Shown one piece after another: positions 33,034 through 48,000 of a stretch of 64,000 nt of DNA (positions are counted from its first letter, which is position 1; every line of letters begins with the position of its first letter). The translations under genes and the position numbers were made by a program. Origin of the DNA: Macrostomum hystrix (Eukaryota; Animalia; Platyhelminthes); contig CATNEN010000038.1 in assembly GCA_950097015.1 (NCBI GenBank), positions 4,402,001 through 4,466,000 on the forward strand. Direction: 5' to 3'. The notes beneath the pieces were generated by a model. That model was not told the origin of the DNA, searched no databases, and worked only from the letters and a program-made list of their open reading frames with translations.

Positions 33034-36000
33034 TTAAAATTCAAATAAGAACCAGGTTTCTATTTTGCTCCAGGTCCAGGATCGCAGGTGGGGGCTCTGG
33101 GATGATGAGTCTGTAAATTAAAGAGATATAGGGAGGGGTTAACAGGGACGAGAGTCAGTGTACATTGAAGAGTGGTGGGGAGGGGTTAACAGGGAGGAGA
33201 GTCAGTGTACATTTAAGAGTGGTGGGGAGGGGTTAACAGGGAGGAGAGTCAGTGTACATTTAAGAGTGGTGGGGAGGGGTTAACAGGGACGAGAGTCAGT
33301 GTACATTTAAGAGTGGTGGGGAGGGGTTAACAGGGACGAGAGTCAGTGTACATTTAAGAGTGGTGGGGAGGGGTTAACAGGGACGAGAGTCAGTGTACAT
33401 TGAAGAGAGGTGGGGACGGGTTATCGGGGGATGAGAGTTTGTGTACGGGGACAGAGTTAGCACAAATTTTGATCATTAAACTTTACAAGAAATGACCAGG
33501 AGGTGAGGTATTACTAGTACAAATTCTGATACAAAGATATTAAAGCAGAAAAGAATAATAAAAAGAGAAATAAAAGTTATCGCTAATAGTATACAAGTTG
33601 CATATATTAAGAATAGAGTATTACTGGTGCCGGGGCCATATCACCGGCAAAAGAGATTTTTTACTGAAAAAAATAAAAACACAAAACTGAATAAATGTTG
33701 CACTTGCTAAACTGATATGATGAGGTCAAGAGGATGATTTGCTAAACTGATATGATGAGGTCAAGAGGATGATTTGCTAAAGTTTAAGCGAGCTGATCTG
33801 CTGAGTAAAAAGTACAACAGAGTGCAGCCAGTTTGAATATTCGTCAAACTCGATGGGACTCGGCAAAAAAGCATGAATATATATCCCACCATTTGATTAA
33901 TAAATACATTTTTAGGGTGCTTAAATAAGTAGGAAAAGTAAAATTGAACAATTTCTGTCCAGGAGTTGTCAGTCCTGGCATTAGTGGCACGAGTGGGCAA
34001 ACCGACTCAGAATGAAAAACCCAGCTGAACAATATCAGTCAACCCCACTAGAGTGTTCCCCGTTGTCAAAGCCCCACTGAAGTAAACAGTTGGAAGCAGA
34101 ACAAGCCGCTAGCCTAAGGCTTACTCAAAAACCGAAGCTCACGCATCCGAGGCCCGGCCGAAGCTGACGATGCCATCGGAGTTGTCGAAGCGCACCGGAT
34201 TGTCGAACAGCTGATCCGACGTGGCACGGAAGCCGACGCCACCGCCCCCAGCGTCGCCGCCGTTGCTGTTAGCAACATAGCCACCGGATCGATAGTTACC
34301 ATCGAAGCAGCGGCAGGCGTCGCTGTCCACAATGTCCAGCACGCAGGGCAGGCGGCTGCGCACAGACGAGGGAACACCGGCGCGGCGCCAGTACAGCATC
34401 AGCGACATGCAGCCAACCAACAGTAGGAAGGCCAGCGCGATGACTACCAGCAGGGCGACGCCGAAGGTCCTGGCTGCGCCGCCGTCGACACCGTCGGAGC
34501 TGCCAGATTTCCAGTAGTCGTAGCTGGCGCCGCGACAGCCAGGGTCCTGAGAGCCGGTGCGCAGCTGTAGCGGCGGCTCCGTCGCAGGCGAGTCGCCCCA
34601 GGCGGCGCTCACCGCGCGCACCCGGATGTAAAAGGTGGCCCTCGGCAGCAGGCAGCGCAGCGTCACCTGGGTCTGGCTGGCTGGCACGGAGAGCGACAGC
34701 GTGCGGCCGCTGGCCAGGCTGGCGTTCACCTGGGTGGGTGAGCGAGTCAGGGGTAAAAAGTACTCATGGTTTCTATTTTTAGCTCAAATACTAGCAAGAT
34801 TTGCCCCCCTTCGGGGAGCAGAAATACTTTTAATTCGTCTAGTATAGACTTTTTAGCAGCTAAATTTACAGCTTTTTAAAGCTACAATGAACCCCCAGTT
34901 GACAATGATCCCCCAGTTGACAATGATCCCCCAGTTGACAATGAACCCCCAGTTGACAATGATCCCGCCGGTTGACAATGATCCCACAGTTGACAATGAT
35001 CCCCCAGTTGACAATGATCCCCAGTTGACAATAAACCCCCAGTTGACAATGAACCCCCAGTTGACAACGATCCCCCAGTTGACAATGATCCCCCATTTGA
35101 CAATGATCCCCCAGTTGACAATGATCCCACAGTTGACAATGATCCCCCAGTTGACATAGATCCCCCAGTTCACAATGATCCCCCAGTTGAGAATGATCCC
35201 CCAGTTGACAATGATCCCCCAGTTGAGAATGATCCCCCAGTTGACAATGATCCCCCAGTTAACAAAGATCCCCCAGTTCACAATGATCCCCCAGTTGATG
35301 AAGTCTCCCCATTGGTGATGATCCCCAGTTAACAATGTTCCTCCAGTTGACAATGTTCCCCCAGTTATCAATGATCCCCCAGTTGATGATGATCACCGAG
35401 TTGACAATGATCCCCCAGTTGGCAATGATCCCCCCAGTTGATGATGATCCCCCAGTTGAAAATGATCCCCCAGTTGAAAATGATCCCCCAGTTGACAATG
35501 ATCCCCCAGTTGAGAATGATCCCCCAGTTGACAATGATCCCCCAGTTAACAAAGATCCCCCAGTTCACAATGATCCCCCAGTTGATGAAGTCTCCCCATT
35601 AATGATGATCCCTAGTTAACAATGTTCCTCCAGTTGACAATGATCCCCAGTTGATGATGATCACCCAGTTGACAATGATCCCCCAGTTAACAAAGATCCC
35701 CCAGTTCACAATGATCCCCCAGTTGATGAAGTCTCCCCATTGATGATGATCCCTAGTTAACAATGTTCCTCCAGTTGACAATGATCCCCCAGTTGACGAT
35801 GATCCCCCAGTTGACAATGATCCCCCAGTTGACAATGAACACCCAGTTAACAAAGATCCCCCAGTTCACAATGATCCCCCAGTTGATGAAGTCTCCTCAT
35901 TGATGATGATCCCTAGTTAACAATGTTCCTCCAGTTGACAATGTTCCCCCAGTTGACAATGATCCCCCAGTTGATGATGATCACCCACTTGACTATGATC

Positions 36001-39000
36001 CCCCAGTTGACAATGATCCCCCAGTTGACAATGATCCCACAGTTGACAATGATCCCGCCGGTTGACAATGATCCCACAGTTGACAATGAACCCCCAGTTG
36101 ACAATGATCCCTCATTTGACAATGATCCCCCAGTTGACAATGATCCCACAGTTGACAATGATCCCCCAGTTGACAATGATCCCCAAGTTGACCATGATCC
36201 CCCATTTTATGATGATTCCCCAGTTGACAATTATCCCCCAGTTGACCATTACCCCCTAGTTGACAATGATCCCCCAGTTCACAACGATCCCCCAGTTGAC
36301 AATGATCCCCCAGTTGACAATTATCCCCCAGTTTACCAAGATCCTCCAGTTGACGATTATCCCCCAGTTTACCTTGATCCCCATTTTGATGATGACTCCC
36401 CAGTTGACGTTGATTTTTCAAACGCTGGGTTAGCCAAGATTCAAACTCAGGTTTCGCCATGTTTTAAACCCTGGTGGGCTATGATTCAAACTCTCGTTTT
36501 ACCATGATTCAAACTCTAATTTAGCCATGATTCAAACTCTGGTTTCGCCTTGATTCAAACTCTGGTTAAGCCATTATTCAGACTCTAGGTTAGCCATGAT
36601 TCAAACGTTGGCTTAGCCATGATTCAGACTCTGGTTTAGCCATGATTCAGACTCTGGTTTAGCCATGATTCAAACTCTGGTTTAGCCATGATTCAGACTC
36701 TGGTTTAGCCATGATTCAAACTCTGGTTTAGCCATGATTCAGACGCTGGTTTAGCCATGATTGAAACTCTGGTTTAGCCATTATTCAGACTCTGGTTTAG
36801 CCATGATTCAGACTCTGGTTTAGCCATGATTCAGACTCTGGTTTAGCCATGATTCAGACTCTGGTTTAGCCATGATTCAAACTCTGGTTTAGCCATGATT
36901 CAAACTCTGGTTAAGCCATGATTCAGACGCTGGTTTAGCCATGATTGGAACTCTGGTTTAGCCATGATTCAGACGCTGGTTTAGCCATGATTGAAACTCT
37001 GGTTTAGCCATGATTCAGACTCTGGTTTAGCCATGATTCAAACTCTGGTTTAGCCATGATTCTGACTCTGGTTTAGCCATGATTCAGACTCTGGTTTAGC
37101 CATGATTCAGACTCTAGGTTAGCCATGATTTAAACGTTGGTTTAGCCATGATTCAAACGCTGGTTTAGTCATGATTCAAACTCTGGTTTAGCCATGATTC
37201 AAACTCTGGTTTAGCCATGATTCAGACTCTGGTTTAGCCATGATTCAAACTCTGGTTTAGCCATGATTCAGACTCTGGTTTAGCCATGATTTAAACTCTG
37301 GTTTAGCCATGTTTCAGACTCTGGTTTAGCCATGATTCAGACTCTATTGTTGCAATGATTCAAACTCATATTTGCTATGATTTATGATATTTTATTAACG
37401 AAATGAAAAAAATAAATAAAAATAATCTTCAATCACTACTGGCTGAAAATTAGTCTAAATGATTTGACGCAGTGCAGAATCGAAGCCTAGCCATGCCTAA
37501 CCTATTCCTAGTGCCTAACACATCGGCTATTCCGACTGTTGGTTAGTGGGTGCAGAAATCAGCCTTATAAAATGAATTCTCAAAGTTCTGGCTTTGTACA
37601 ATGAAGTAAGAAAATAGAGTACACTCAGTCTCGCGGTTGGTTGTGTACATTTATTTCCAATTTGTCTCCAGAGTGCAGGCTTCAAATTCAATCAGCTAGG
37701 GGTTGTTGCGCAATTTGACGATGCAATTCTAACTCAGTGGCAGTCAGTGAATGAAATTCTCAATATGCCAAGATAGTTTGACCTTTGAAAAGGTCAAAAA
37801 ACATGTTTTTCGAATATTTAATCCCTTTTGCAATAAAGTTAAGCTTAATAAAAATACGTGTATAATTGTCCCCATATTTGGCATCTTTTGGTGAAGAAAT
37901 GGTGAAAATCGGTTGAGCCGTTCGGGAGAAAATCAATTACAACCAACCAACCAACCAACCAACCAACCAACCATTTCATTTTTAGTATAGTGGATAAATT
38001 TTTAGGTGATAATATTCTAGCCAATGAGAAAGCTCGAGGACTTGAGATCTGGGCCTCGTTTAGACGAATCGGTCTCTCTAAACAGCACAACCCAGTGCCC
38101 AGTGCTCACCTGAAATGAATCCGGCGGAGTTGCCCCGGGTATGAACACCCAGGCGATGACTGCGATGTTGTTGCCGCTGCTCATCACATGGAGGTTGCGA
38201 GGCTTCTCAGGCGGTCCCGGCGTGGCCACGGACGCCGGCAGCGAGGCAAGGCTATCACCGTCAGTACCGCCCAGGGCGGTGACGGTCACGGAGATGGCTG
38301 CCGAGGCGGGCACCGAGCGATGCAGCAGGTTGAGGGAAGAGTTGGGCACGGTGGCTTGTATGACCCCGGCAGGACTGTCGGCCACGCGCATTGTGACGAG
38401 GTATTTGACCACTTTGTTAGCGTTGCGCAGCGGCGGTTTCCAGCTCACTAGCAGCCCTGTTGGCGGCAATGGCTTAGCGGTGACGGCGTACGGCGGCCCC
38501 GGGACGTCCGGCTGGTGAAGGCAGGCGGCGATGACGGACAGCGGACAGCTTTCAGTGGAGGGCTTAGGCGGGTCGCCCCAGCAGAGTGGCAGGCATGCCG
38601 GCGTCATCAGGGAGCTCCGCTGACAGCAGTGGGTGAAGTTGCGCGAGTCAGCCAGGCAGTGGCTGGCGTTAATGACAAAAGCTGATGCGCAATCAGCGCT
38701 GATTGTCGCGGCGCCAGTGCCAGAGTTGCAGATAGTGATGCAGGCCGCGCTAACGCCGCGGGTGGCGCAGCAGGCGGCGCTGGTCGATCCGTCACCAGTG
38801 GCGCCGCCGGTCGGGGCTGGGCCGACGGTAGGCGGGGCCGGCGTCGTGCGCGATGCGTCATCGGTATTGTACAGCAAGGCGCCCGCTGCGTGGCGGCCGA
38901 GCTGATTGACGCCCCGGCAGGTGTAGTGGCCGAGCTGCTGAGCGGTGACGCTGGAGAACTCGATGCTGCTGTAGGTCAGCAGGTCGGAGATCTGCGGGTC

Positions 39001-42000
39001 CGACAGAGAAACTAAATTACACAGCTGGCCAAATTTGATCACTAAGAGTATTAATAATCATAGTTATAATTGCAGTAGTGCCGTGGGCAATGGCAAAACA
39101 TTTGGTGACACTAGACCCGCAGCCAGCGAGGAGGCAATTCTGCTCATTCCGCTGACTCCTGAGTACACACGCACACAGATACTGTACGCAGGCACACGCT
39201 CACATAGGTGTGTACACCTGCCCTGACTTTCTCATGATCAGGCAGTGTACACTCTCACTGTGCCTTGGTGGCTGGCCCTCAAGGGAGTAAATTGCACTAC
39301 GAGCCCAAATTATTGTGGAATTCTCTGAATCGAGCTCAGGGACCTTGGTGCGTGAGGCAAACGCGTTAACAGCTCGGTTACTCAACAAATCCACAAATTA
39401 TACAGCTGAGCTAAAATTAAATTCCTAAATCCAAAAGCATCCGGGTTTAAAGCCCAATGCATATTCTCAAGCTACCCAGGTGCTCTAAAACTCACACTGA
39501 ATAGCGGAACTCGAACGGAGCCGTCGCGCAAGTCCGCAACAGACACCCCGGCGGCATCAAACCAGTCAACTTGATCTGGAAAGCCCTCAAAGATGCAGGT
39601 GAGTCTGGCGGCTTGGCCCAACCTCGCTGGCACCAGGCCGGTCAGGGAGGTGGCAACCACGGCAGACTGGATGTGCAGGGGGACGCTGACGGAGCCCGAC
39701 TGGCCAGTACTGAGCTGCAGTGCGCATGTGTACAATCCGCTGTCCCTGGCTTCCACGTGAGGAATGGTGTACCTGGGAGATTGGCCGGACTGTAGCAGAT
39801 GTCCGGAACGGTACCAGTGAAAGGTTGCGGCTGCCATCAGTGGCCAGCTATAATAACAGGTGAGAATGAGAGCATTGGGGCTCTCAGGTACGCGGAATGT
39901 GCTGGCGTTGGTGGTGATGTACATGTTCAGCGGGTGCTCCGGCAAGGTGCGAACGGTGTACACGGCGCTGGGCTGGCTGGAGCCATTGGTGTTGGAGTTG
40001 ATCATGAACAGGGAGAAGCTGGTGTTCGAGTGCACGCGGAACACGGCCGGGTTGGCGGGGTTCAGGAAGGCGAACCAGTGGGAGGGAGTGTCCGCAAAGC
40101 GGATGTACAAGATGCTGCGGGCGGCATCATCGGCCGTGTTGCGATCGAAGGTGACGAAGAGCCGGCTGGAGAAGACGTCAATGCGGCGAATGATGGGCGG
40201 CGAGGGCACGCCAAGGATGCCCTCCTCGATGCAGCCGTAGATCTGGAATCGGTTCGGTGTGACTCAAGCTTGACAGCGGGAAATTTGATTTGCGACAGCG
40301 GGTGGTCGAGGTCTAGGTGATTTAGGATTTGACAGTGGCTGATTTGAGATTCGCCAGTTTAAGATTCGACAGTTTAAGATTCGACAGTTCGAGATTCGAC
40401 AGTTTAAGATTTGACAGTTTAAGATTCGACAGTTTGAGATTCGACAGCTTAAGATTCGACAGTTTGAGATTCGACAGCTTGAGATTCGACAGTTCGAGAT
40501 TCGACAGTTTAAGATTCGACAGTTTAAGATTCGACAGTTTGAGATTCGACAGCTTAAGATTCGACAGTTTGAGATTCGACAGCTTGAGATTCGACCTTTT
40601 GAGTTCGACTGTTTGAGATTCGACAGTTTAAGATTCGACAGTTGAGATTCGACAGCGCGTGGTTTGAGATTCGAGCATTTGAGATTCGACAGTTTAAGAT
40701 TCGACAGTTTGAGATTCGACAGTTTGGGATTCGACAGTTTGAGATTCGACAGTTTGAGATTAGACAGTTTGAGATTCGACAGTTTGAGATTCGACAGTTT
40801 GAGATTCGACAGTTTGGGATTCGACAGTTTGAGATTCGACAGTTTGAGATTCGACAGTTTGAGATTCGACAGTTTGGGATTCGACAGTTTGAGATTCGAC
40901 AGTTTGGGATTCGACAGTTTAAGATTCGACAGTTTGAGATTCGACCTTTTGAGATTCGACTGTTTAAGATTAGACAGTTTGAGATTCGACAGTTTGAGAT
41001 TCGACAGTTTAAGATTTGACAGTTTAAGATTAGACAGTTTGGGATTCGACAGTTTAAGATTCGACAGTTTAAGATTAGACAGTTTGAGATTCGACAGTTT
41101 GAGATTCGACAGCTTAAGATTCGACAGTTTGAGATTCGACAGCTTGAGATTCGACAGTTCGAGATTCGACAGTTTAAGATTCGACAGTTTAAGATTCGAC
41201 AGTTTGAGATTCGACAGCTTAAGATTCGACAGTTTGAGATTCGACAGCTTGAGATTCGACCTTTTGAGTTCGACTGTTTGAGATTCGACAGTTTAAGATT
41301 CGACAGTTTGAGATTCGACAGTTTGGGATTCGACAGTTTGAGATTCGACAGTTTGAGATTAGACAGTTTGAGATTCGACAGTTTGAGATTCGACAGTTTG
41401 AGATTCGACAGTTTGGGATTCGACAGTTTGAGATTCGACAGTTTGAGATTCGACAGTTTGAGATTCGACAGTTTGGGATTCGACAGTTTGAGATTCGACA
41501 GTTTGGGATTCGACAGTTTAAGATTCGACAGTTTGAGATTCGACCTTTTGAGATTCGACTGTTTAAGATTAGACAGTTTGAGATTCGACAGTTTGAGATT
41601 CGACAGTTTAAGATTTGACAGTTTAAGATTAGACAGTTTGGGATTCGACAGTTTAAGATTCGACAGTTTAAGATTAGACAGTTTGAGATTCGACAGTTTG
41701 GGATTCGACAGTTTAAGATTCGACAGTTTGAGATTCGACAGTTTAAGATTCGACAGTTTAAGATTAGACAGTTTGAGATTCGACAGTTTGAGATTCGACA
41801 GCGGGTGTTTAGAGGTTCGCATTCGCACTGACCTCGCGCCACCACAGCGGGCAGGTGAGGCTGCCAGCTGGCGCGGAGGCCCCAGAGCAGAGGCCCAAGC
41901 AGACGTCTGGCACATTCTCGCGCCGGCAGCAGGGCTCGTGATTTTTTCCGTCGGCCAGGCAGGAGGTGATGTCCGGCAGGCTGGCTGAGCAATTGTTGTA

Positions 42001-45000
42001 CACAGCGGACAGGCTGCTGTCTGTGTGGTTCCAGTTGGTCATGTTGCGCGGGTCGCACAGCATCTGGCAGTGTCTGGGGACTTTCCGAGCGGAGCAGCAC
42101 TGCGTAATGCCTAGCAGATAAAAATTAAAGGAAATTCTATTGAATCAAGTTAAGCCAGCTGACTCATATCTCAACTAGTGTCTCCTATTTAATTCATATC
42201 TCAACTAGCTTCTCACTCTTTTATCTCACCTAGCTGCTCACTCTTTTATCTCACCTAGCTTCTCACTCTTTTATCTCACCTAGCTGCTCACTCTTTTATC
42301 TCACCTAGCTGCTCACTATTTTATCTCACCTAGCTGCTCACTCTTTTATCTCAACTAGCTTCTCACTCTTTTATCTCACCTAGCTGCTCACTATTTTATC
42401 TCACCTAGCTGCTCACTCTTTTATCTCAACTAGCTTCTCACTCTTTTATCTCACCTAGCTTCTCACTCTTTTGTCTCACCTAGATTCTCACTCTTTTATC
42501 TCACCTAGCTTCTCACCCTTTTATCTCACCTAGCTTCTCACTCTTTTATCTCACCTAGCTTTTCACTTTTTTATCTCACCTAGCTGCTCACTCTTTTATC
42601 TCACCTAGCTGCTCACTATTTTATCTCACCTAGCTGCTCACTCTTTTATCTCACCTAGCTGCTCACTCTTTTATCTCACCTAGCTTCTCACTCTTTTATC
42701 TCACCTAGCTGCTCACTCTTTTATCTCACCTAGCTTCTCACTCTTTTGTCTCACCTAGCTTCTCACTCTTTTGTCTCACCTAGCTTCTCACTCTTTTGTC
42801 TCACCTAGCTTCTCACTCTTTTATCTCACCTAGCTTCTCACTCTTTTATCTCACCTAGCTTCTCACTCTTTTGTCTCACCTAGCTTCTCACTCTTTTATC
42901 TCACCTAGCTTCTCATTCTTTTATCTCACCTAGCTGCTCGCTCACTCTTTTATCTCACCTAGCTTCTCACTCTTTTATCTCACCTAGCTTCTCACTCTTT
43001 TGTCTCACCTAGCTGCTCACTCTTTTATCTCACCTAGCTGCTCACTATTTTATCTCACCTAGCTGCTCACTCTTTTATCTCACCTAGCTTCTCACTCTTT
43101 TATCTCACCTAGCTGCTCACTCTTTTATCTCACCTAGATTCTCACTCTTTTATCTCACCTAGCTTCTCACTCTTTTATCTCACCTAGCTTCTCACTCTTT
43201 TGTCTCACCTAGCTTTTCACTTTTTTATCTCACCTAGCTTCTCACTCTTTTATCTCACCTAGCTTCTCACTCTTTTGTCTCACCTAGCTTCTCACTCTTT
43301 TATCTCACCTAGCTTCTCACTCTTTTATCTCACCAAGCTGCTCGCTCACTCTTTTATCTCACCTAGCTTCTCACTCTTTTATCTCACCTAGCTTCTCACT
43401 CTTTTGTCTCACCTAGCTGCTCACTCTTTTATCTCACCTAGCTGCTCACTATTTTATCTCACCTAGCTGCTCACTCTTTTATCTCACCTAGCTTCTCACT
43501 CTTTTATCTCAACTAGCTTCTCACTCTTTTATCTCACCTAGCTTCTGACTCTTTTATCTCACCTAGCTTCTCACTCTTTTATCTCACCTAGCTTCTCACT
43601 CTTTTGTCTCACCTAGCTTCTCACTCTTTTGTCTCACCTAGCTGCTCACTCTTTTATCTCACCTAGCTTCTCACTCTTTTATCTCACCTAGCTGCTCACT
43701 CTTTTATCTCACCTAGCTTCTCACTCTTTTATCTCACCTAGCTTCTCACTCTTTTATCTCACCTAGCTTCTCACTCTTTTGTCTCACCTAGCTTCTCACT
43801 CTTTTATCTCACCTAGCTTTTCACTTTTTTATCTCACCTAGCTTCTCACTCTTTTATCTCACCTAGCTTCTCACTCTTTTGTCTCACCTAGCTTCTTACT
43901 CTTTTATCTCACCTAGCTTCTCACTCTTTTATCTCACCTAGCTGCTCGCTCACTCTTTTATCTCACCTAGCTTCTCACTCTTTTATCTCACCTAGCTTCT
44001 CACTCTTTTGTCTCACCTAGCTGCTCACTCTTTTATCTCACCTAGCTGCTCACTATTTTATCTCACCTAGCTGCTCACTCTTTTATCTCACCTAGCTTCT
44101 CACTCTTTTATCTCACCTAGCTGCTCACTCTTTTATCTCACCTAGATTCTCACTCTTTTATCTCACCTAGCTTCTCACTCTTTTATCTCACCTAGCTTCT
44201 CACTCTTTTGTCTCACCTAGCTTTTCACTTTTTTATCTCACCTAGCTTCTCACTCTTTTATCTCACCTAGCTTCTCACTCTTTTGTCTCACCTAGCTTCT
44301 CACTCTTTTATCTCACCTAGCTTCTCAATCTTTTATCTCAACTAGCTTCTCACTCTTTTATCTCACCTAGCTTCTGACTCTTTTATCTCACCTAGCTTCT
44401 CACTCTTTTATCTCACCTAGCTTCTCACTCTTTTGTCTCACCTAGCTTTTCACTTTTTTATCTCACCTAGCTTCTCACTCTTTTATCTCACCTAGCTGCT
44501 CACTCTTTTATCTCACCTAGCTTTTCACTTTTTTATCTCACCTAGCTTCTCACTCTTTTATCTCACCTAGCTTCTCACTCTTTTATCTCACCTAGCTGCT
44601 CACTTTTTTATCTCACCTAGCTTCTCACTCTTTTATCTCACCTAGCTTCTCACTCTTTTATCTCACCTAGCTGCTCACTCTTTTATCTCACCTAGCTTCT
44701 CACTCTTTTATCTCACCTAGCCTTTCACTTTTTTATCTCACCTAGCTTCTCACTCTTTTATCTCACCTAGCTTCTCACTCTTTTGTCTCACCTAGCTTCT
44801 CACTCTTTTATCTCACCTAGCTGCTCACTCTTTTATCTCACCTAGATTCTCACTCTTTTATCTCACCTAGCTTCTCACTCTTTTATCTCACCTAGCTTCT
44901 CACTCTTTTATCTCACCTAGCTTCTCACTCTTTTATCTCACCTAGCTTCTCACTCTTTTATCTCACCTAGCTTCTCACTCTTTTATCTCACCTAGCTTAT

Positions 45001-48000
45001 TACTCTTTTATCTCACCTAGCTTCTCACTCTTTTATCTCACCTAGCTTCTCACTCTTTTATCTCACCTAGCTTCTAACCTGAAGTCTAGAATTGATTCTT
45101 TATTTTCTAAACTACGAGCATAAAAAGCAGGACTGTCTACTTGCATAAAACAAAGCTTCTGAGTTAATCTAATACAGTTTTCCTGACACCTTACTTACCG
45201 TAAGGCAGGTGTGATGTATTGACACTGGCTGACCAGTTGCTAGGAAGATCGGGCAGCAGCCAGACGGTCACGGAGTCTGACTGCAGGCTAGAGCCAGCGT
45301 TGGACTCGGCAGTCAGGCGGAATGAGTACTCGCCGCCCGGCTGAAGGCTGACCACGTGACCGACTGTCACATCGGCTGGGAACTGGGCTAGCACAACCTG
45401 TTAGCAGGTTTGAGGGAGAAGCGGTGCAGTCATCCATAATTACTAATAAATTGCTAATAAGGTAGTGACAGACAGGTACAGGAACTGACGGACAGGTAGA
45501 GGCAGTGACAAAAAGAACACCAAGGAGTACCAGGGAAAGTGAGGAAATGACATGTTGGCTCACCCCAGTCTTCATCACGCCGGCGACCCGCACGTCGGCC
45601 ATCAGTCGGTAGCGAAACTCCACGCCGAGCGGGCGTCGGTTCGGCAGCTGCCACGCCAGGTCCACGAAGTTGGTGCCGTAGGACTCTACGCGGAGGCCAG
45701 TGGGCGCGGAGGGTACGGAGCTGTAGGCCTTTCTGGCGCAAGCGGCGGCCGATGCCAAGGCATCTGAGCAGTGCTCAGACGGAGGAGGATCACCGGACTG
45801 GGCGGCGCAGACAGACAGACAGGAGGGGGGCACTCCGGAGGCCTGACAGCACGCGGTGTTGTTGCGACCGTCAGTGAGGCAGGTGAGCAGGCCGGGCAGG
45901 GCGGCGCTGCTCTTGCAGAAGGGAGACAGGCCGGCCGGATTGAATGCCCTGGGGCTGGCGCAGTGGCTGCTGCAGTTGGACGGCACCTGTTGCCAAGGTG
46001 AGCGTAATTGAGGGCATGCAAAAATTAAGTTATTGGGCACCTGAGCTAGCAGCCGGGGATCGGGAGACAGTTGGATTTGATGGGCTAACATGGGTCAGGA
46101 AAGGATGGGTCAGGAGAGGATGGGTCAGGAAAGGATGGGTCAGGAAAAGATGGGTCAGGAAAGGATGGGTCAGGAAAGGATGGGTCAGGAGAGGATGGGT
46201 CAGGAAAGGATGTGGCAGGAGAGGATGGGTCAGGAATGGATGTGGCAGGAGAGGATGTGTCAGGAATGGATGGGTCAGGAAAGGATGGGTCAGGAATGGA
46301 TGTGGCAGGAGAGGATGTGGCAGGAAAGGATGGGTCAGGAATGGATGTGGCAGGAGAGGATGTGTCAGGAATGGATGGGTCAGGAAAGGATGGGTCAGGA
46401 ATGGATGTGGCAGGAGAGGATGTGTCAGGAATGGATGGGTCAGGAATGGATGGGTCAGGAATGGATGGGTCAGGAATGGATGGGTCAGGAAAGGATGTGT
46501 CAGGAGAGGATGTGTCAGGGATGAGGCACGAACAGCAGCCGCAACTCACGGTCAGCTGATCGCAGCAGTCGGGCATGTCAGGTTCACCAGAGTTGCCAGC
46601 AGGTCGAGAGCTGCTGGGCGGTGCGTCCATGGTCATGACGGTCATGCGGTTGCTGGGCAGGCTGCTGCCAAGTCTGCCAATTGCGACAACGGTCAGTTCG
46701 TAGAAGCGATCGCTGGCCAAGCCTACGACTGTCTGCTCAGTGACTTCGCTGGCGATGGCGGTGCGCCAGCCGGTGACCTTGTCGGCAACCAGCAGGCTGT
46801 AGTTGAGCACCAGGCCGGGGTTGTACAGGGGCGGCTGCCAGTGCACCGACACGGATCTGTCCGTGATGACGTCCAGGACGAGCAGCCGGGGCGGTGACGG
46901 GATGCCGGCGGCGCCGGAGTCGTAGCACCTGGCGATGGCATCCAGGTGAGGCAGGCAGACGCTGGTATCGTGAACATCAACGTGAGGCGACTCGCCGGTG
47001 CAGAACTTGCCGCAGGCGGCTAGTGGAACCCCCTGCGACTGGCAGCAGTCCGTGTGGTTGCGGCCGCCTGAGGGTGGGAGTTCGATTTGGCATTGTATTA
47101 GAAAAATAATTAGGGCAAAAATTGGGTATTAACTCGCTAATACCACATGGGATGTGCCACAATGGGATTTAACCCATAATGCTCAACTAACCCGCGTAGC
47201 AGGCGAAGGCGCTAGACAAATGCTTGCCGCAGCTGGAATTAATTATGTCATTCAGGTCCAGAATGGGCCGGCCGGCGCACAGGCGGTCAGCGCACAGCGA
47301 GTCCACTTTCTTGTCTAGGCAGCACTCTGCAATCGGTGACGCGGGGCGGCACTCTTTGATGTGCTGCTTGCCTTGCCTCAATAGTGATATTCAGTTACGA
47401 GACTTGACAATCGGAATTGGGGAAGTGGAGAAAAAACGGGACGCGGGACTAAGCTCGGGGGAGGCATATTTTCGTGTGAGGTGCGCCCGGTGGACCAGGT
47501 GAGATAATTGCGCTTAATTGCCCTCTGCTTATCAGGTTTATCAATAGTCGGAGGTTGGGCATGAAAAGCTGGCTTTGATGTCTCAATTTACCGCCTTTAG
47601 CCAGGTAGAGGAATGCCATTATAACAATTTGGCGCACAACAAAGGCAGGTGGAGAGGGGGTTGAGTGGCAAAGCGGTCTAACGAGCTTGATTCCGCGGTG
47701 AGGCCACATTCATTCAGCCACGGAGAGAAGGCTTCGGTGCTTGCCGTGCAATTTACACCTTTCGAGCGCCAAACTCCGAGGCACAGTGAAAGTGTACACT
47801 GCCTGACGATTAGAAAGTCGGGGCAGATGTACACAATAGTGTGAGTGTGTGAATGGGTACACTATCTGTGTGCGTGTGTGCTCAGGAGTCAGCGGAATGA
47901 GCAGAATCGCCTACTCGCTGGCTGCGGGTCTAGTGTTTCCAAATGATGTGCCATTGCCAGCAGCCACCCTGCAATCATTATTATTATTATAAGGACAGGC

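Noticed and set aside
33703-33781. 35-bp tandem duplication containing ATGATGA, resembling a C/D snoRNA box
   Set aside because: Explained by simple duplication, with no terminal stem or guide region evident.
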